The position numbers were made by a program, and so were the translations under genes. The notes beneath the pieces were generated by a model. It was not told the origin of the DNA. It did no database searches and saw only the letters and a list, made by a program, of their open reading frames with translations. A DNA stretch of 64,000 bases. It comes from the human T2T-CHM13v2.0 reference genome, Homo sapiens. How positions within the stretch are numbered: the first letter of the stretch is position 1; each line of letters begins with the position of its first letter. Shown here piece after piece: positions 56,784-64,000 of the stretch. The stretch is taken from the NCBI RefSeq assembly GCF_009914755.1, contig NC_060941.1; one strand, written 5' to 3'.

Positions 56784-56913
56784 TAGAATTGCTAGATTTA
56801 GCAAACAAACAAAAAAACAGGACACTTCATTAAATTTAAATTTAAGATAAATAACAATATTTTAGTATAAGCATTGGAACACTGGGTGTCCTGTATTTTA
56901 CTTAGTAACCCTA
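56784..56913. mobile_element. Internally deleted MER53 inserted into a MIR (56755-57030)
   Basis: TAGATTTAGCAAA..CAGGACAC..TTAAATTT ... ACTGGGTGTCCTGTATTTTA..TAACCCTA. Confidence 0.75.
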
Positions 56914-57214
56914 GGAAGCAGGGGATAGGGTGAGGAGCTGCAGCTCAAAGAGGTTTTGAATTTGCCTGAGGTCATCATGGGTAGGAAATGCCAAAAACAA
57001 ATTCAAGCCCTGGTAGTCAAGCTCTAGAGCAAGTCTGATGGGCCTCTACACTGTCCCAGGCTGCTTCTCCCTTCTTGCCACTCCCACAGCCCTTTGACTA
57101 CAACACTTTGACTACCTCACTCCTGCAATTTAACACATTGCAAGAAGGTAGTTGACAGTGCACATGTTGGTTTCCTCCCTTAGAAGATAAACTCTAATTC
57201 TCTGTAACTGCTTG

Positions 57215-57655
57215 GGATGGAGGCAGCTAATTGTCTTTGGGAATCTACTCTCTTCATCATCCTCCATTAAAGACACTCCAGTTCTTAGCTGGGCACATGG
57301 CTACTGGGATAAAGACTGTATTTTCCAGCATCCCTTGTAGCTACGCATGGTCATGTGACTAAGTGCTAACCAGGAAGTATCCTAAAAGGAGGAAGCATGC
57401 CCTTCTCTGCTTCCTGTTTCCTGCTGGCTGGGATGCGGAATAACGGCTGCTGCTATAGCAGCCCCTCTTGGACCACAAGGGACCTTGGGGGTGAAAGCAA
57501 CCCCTACCAGAGCAATAAAACAGGAGAATCCTGGGTCACTAACAGTATTTAAAGCAATATCAGCCCTGGACTACTTGTAGGCTTTTTTCTAACTTAAGCC
57601 ACTATTATTTGGGGCTTTCTATTACTTGGAGTTGAATATAATTGTAAGTTATGCA
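57215..57655 (+). mobile_element. Old MLT1 (G/H/J-like) LTR
   Basis: GGTCATGTGACTAAGT, CTTGGACCA, TTAAGCCACTATTATTTGGG. Confidence 0.65.
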
Positions 57656-58351
57656 TGACCTCAGCACCTAGAGTAGCCTGAAAGGGATTCAGGGAAGGTT
57701 TGCTGAAAGGATACCATTTCATAACCGAACAGTATCCTGCATTCCAGATTCCGGCCCAAAAACTCCCACCTCCCCCTAACCTCATATAAAACCTCAATTA
57801 AAATGCACGGCTAGAAACCTCACAAAATCCTTGACCTAAATATATCTGTATGTATGTGCTTTGATATTCCTGTGTGGAAGGGGAAGATGGCTGGAAAAAG
57901 TATTTTCTTTCTCTTAGGTATCCCCCAGACACAGATTTCAATAGTGGTGCAAGGCTGACCTAAGAGTTATTAATGATATGCTATTGGACTAAATGAGCTA
58001 GAATCACAGCAACATGGAAAATCAAGACTTCCTGCTATTATGTAAATGTACCGCCATTTGGGAAAATAACTCAGTATGAGATTCATTATAAATAATGTTT
58101 TCATCCCAACCTTCATGGCTTTTGGAAACTTCAATATATGACCCAATTTATTAACTAAAACAAGATCCCTCTCCAATCCTTTTAAATGACTTCTATAAAA
58201 TTTTAAGCTTAGATCATCCATGCAAATATCTTACATTATTAGCTATGCAAATATTTTGTATTATTTTTAAAAGCCCAAAGCTTCTGAAAAACTCTCTTAA
58301 TCCTGGATGTATTTCCTGATCCTACAATCATTTTATAGTATAAAGACACTA

Positions 58352-58684
<333 letters not shown>

Positions 58685-58906
58685 TTAAAGGTATACATAG
58701 TAAATATATAGAAATCAATGTAACGTGTACATCCATCAGAAATTTTACTTGCATTTAATAAAAACTAATTCTGACTTATTGAAATGGAAATAAAATTTAT
58801 TAAATGGTTGAGTCAGTTGCAGACCTCTCAGGAGGAACAGAACGACCACACAGCGGTAAACAGTCAGATGAAATCCCATAATTGCACCATAGAACTAACC
58901 CAGTGA

Positions 58907-59370
<464 letters not shown>

Positions 59371-59750
59371 CAGGAATAGATTCCTTGTGGCCGCTGCTTC
59401 TTTCTGTCACCAGCTTCTCATCCAAAGCCATGTGCAGGTGCATGTGATTTGCATTTCTAAGCTCATGCATCCCGGTCCATTTGCAAAGGAGGCTGGGAAG
59501 TCTGATACCTGGTTATTCCAGAGGTGAGCTCTATCTCATAAGATAGGAAATTCCCCATAAGATGATTCCTATGGTGGGCAACCAAAAAAGACAAATATTC
59601 ACTACAATGCAATTTGACTGTCGTTTTGTCATGATGGCAATGTGATCCAAACTACTGCCCCTGTGTTTTCCCTAAGGATTCCTAATTCCTAAACACCCTG
59701 AACTGGCTTTATGAACACTTTATTTTTTCCACAATTCGAGTTTCCTCTAG

Positions 59751-60070
<320 letters not shown>

Positions 60071-60178
60071 ACCTTCAAATTTGTTTCCAATTAATTATTC
60101 CCAGCTCCGTCTACAGAATAGGGACAAATTAAAAACAACCTTAATGTCCACCAATTCATTAAAACAAATTAGGGACAA

Positions 60179-61085
<907 letters not shown>

Positions 61086-61930
61086 TCATGACCTTAGAAA
61101 AATTCCTCCATCTCTCTCCCCTCGGTTTTTCCATTTATGAAAAGGGGATGCTAATGTCCCTTCATAAGGTTGTTGTACAGACTGAATGAAATAAGGTCGA
61201 CTGAGCCCTTAGCATACCTGGTGCACAGTGAGCTTCTAGAAACACTAGCTGTTATTTCAGATCCTGTCCTTGCATTGGTCTAGCTATTTTCACAAAAATG
61301 GCACATTTCATCAAACCTCTATTACTGGACATCGAGGTGGTCTCTAAATGTAATAATTACTAACAGCACAGAGCAATAATTATTTGCAAAAAAAAAAGTT
61401 TTTTATCAGAAATTTTAAGATAGGGAGGCATTCGTTAAAAAGAACAACTTCTAAAAGTCAAAAATCCTTTTTGAAACATTTATAAAATATTATGAAATTG
61501 TCCCCACCTATTGATTCAAAGGTGTACCACATATAACACCCATACACAGTGCTGGAAGAAAATAATTGTCTCAATCAAAGTGCTTTTGACCACATGCCCT
61601 GTGATTAGTCCCCAGAGTGGTGTCACATTGTCTCTGATTTGACTCGCAGCCTGCTGGACAGAGACACGGCTTTACAAGGAGCTTAACGGTTGAAGTCAGA
61701 TCTGCGGGAAACTCGTCCAGTGTTGCCTGGCAATACTGCTGTCAGGTGGGCAGTCCCTTTGGGTCCTGCAGTTACCTGCTGGCCAGATACCAGCCCAGTG
61801 CTAGCAAATGCCAACAGCAGCCCACACAGATGGACCACAGGGGATGAGCCAACAGCGGGTGTGGGCGAGGGTGCAACAAACGAATCACTGACTGGAGATG
61901 CAAACCTCAGCCCAGCAGCTGCCACATCTG

Positions 61931-62279
<349 letters not shown>

Positions 62280-62751
62280 TTATCTAGAAGTGGAGGTAGG
62301 AGGAGAATGAAAAATAACAAAATTCTGGAAGCTCATGTTTATGTCTAAATTTCTCTCCCCTCCTCTCTTTGGCTCCTTTCCAGCCTAGGGCACATTTTCT
62401 TAGTGACAGCTGATCAGGAGGATGAAGTTGACATGGCGCCAGGACCGTCTGTTGGCCACCTCCCCACAATGCACTATTCTCCTCTTCCTGCACCACACCC
62501 TCCTCCAGAAGCACCTCCAGACTCTCAGAGCCCTGGGGTCTTGTCCTGCTTCAACTCTGCTTCCTGGAACCCTAGTTCTGTTTTCAGGTAGTGTTGGAAT
62601 CCATCCATTAGCCTGGAAGTAATTACATTCCCTCTTCTGGGATAACCTTGACTCTCTCTTGCGCTCCTTCAGTGACCAGGGCAAGTAGGCAATAGCATAG
62701 GAAAAGACCTTGGGCCTCAGACAGCATAGACCTTAAGTGTCCCCGCCATTA

Positions 62752-63130
<379 letters not shown>

Positions 63131-64000
63131 TCACAATGCATGCAAAAAGCAAATCATCACATTATACACCTTAAATATATACAAGTTTTATTTGTTAGTG
63201 ACACTTCAATAAAGCTTAGGGAAAAAAGAACTGGGGTTTCACAAAGTGACTCCAATTATGCGTTAATCAGCTGTGAGAACTTAAGAGGTTACTGACCTCT
63301 TCACAGTGGAGGTGGGAAGTTATTCCTCCCAGGAAGATAGCTTTCTGTGTTCTTTGAGGATTAAATGGGACTCTGCCCCCCGAGTACTATCATCAGGCCA
63401 AGCGCAGAGAAGGCACACGGGAAATACCTGCATCCCTACTCCTTTACCCAATCTCTGCACACTTCAGAGTTGAGAATCTGCAAAGAGCTCATTCTGCCAG
63501 GTAGGATGGTGAAACATATGACTTCAAATGCTACTTTAGATTATGGCTTTGCCTACAATGTTGAGAAAGCAAAGACGGGCTGCTATCCTACCTCGCATTT
63601 TACAATATTTAAGCCACCTTGCACAGCTTCCTGCCGCCCTGTCACTGCTTAATTAAACAGAAGTGGCCACGCATCCAAATCCTTTAGAGGTAAACCCTTT
63701 CAACAGCTGCTGCTGCTTTGATCACTCCTGGGATAACTTTGAAGAATGTTCTGTCAAAGGGAGCAATTTGCTGGGAAGAGCAGCCCCTGTACTTCCATCC
63801 TGGCAGGTTTTTATTACAAACTGCATTTGCATGGAAACAGGATTTGTTCTTGGTTCCAAAGCAGGTCAGGTTTATTATCCCCAAATACATCCATTACTCT
63901 CCCTAGTCATTACAGGTGACATTGGCAACATGGGGAAGGCGAAGGGGGGCAGTGCCAGCTTCTGAGGGTTTAAGGAGAGATTGGATACAGATTGCCTGTG

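Overview
This is primate (most likely human) euchromatic DNA, very rich in Alu elements (about 60 copies or fragments). The only supportable protein-coding gene is the 5' end of SLC39A11 (ZIP11, a GufA-subfamily zinc transporter) on the minus strand. It comprises a CpG-rich promoter with non-coding exon 1 (~15500-15580), exon 2 carrying the ATG (11546-11664) and a 39-nt exon 3 (7699-7737); the gene runs off the left edge within intron 3. The remaining ~48 kb is upstream intergenic DNA, which from memory of human chr17q25.1 lies toward SSTR2 (not in the window). It is filled with Alu, L1, L2/MIR, an LTR8 solo LTR, several MaLR LTRs, hAT/mariner MITEs and CR1/L3 relics. Nearly all ORFs in the supplied track are repeat-derived or chance. 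I found no new multi-gene system. The most unusual signals are structural: (1) at least five locally templated insertion or fold-back scars inside repeats, including a 225-bp inverted copy in an Alu and a ~190-bp direct copy in LTR8; (2) a polyadenylated, TSD-flanked retrocopy of a MER41-like LTR R region; (3) an Alu-L1 composite sharing one TSD; (4) repeated insertions at identical target sites; (5) a miR-1302-like MER53 hairpin upstream of the promoter; (6) very old non-LTR reverse-transcriptase relics. Repeat subfamily names come from recalled consensus sequences and their boundaries are approximate.
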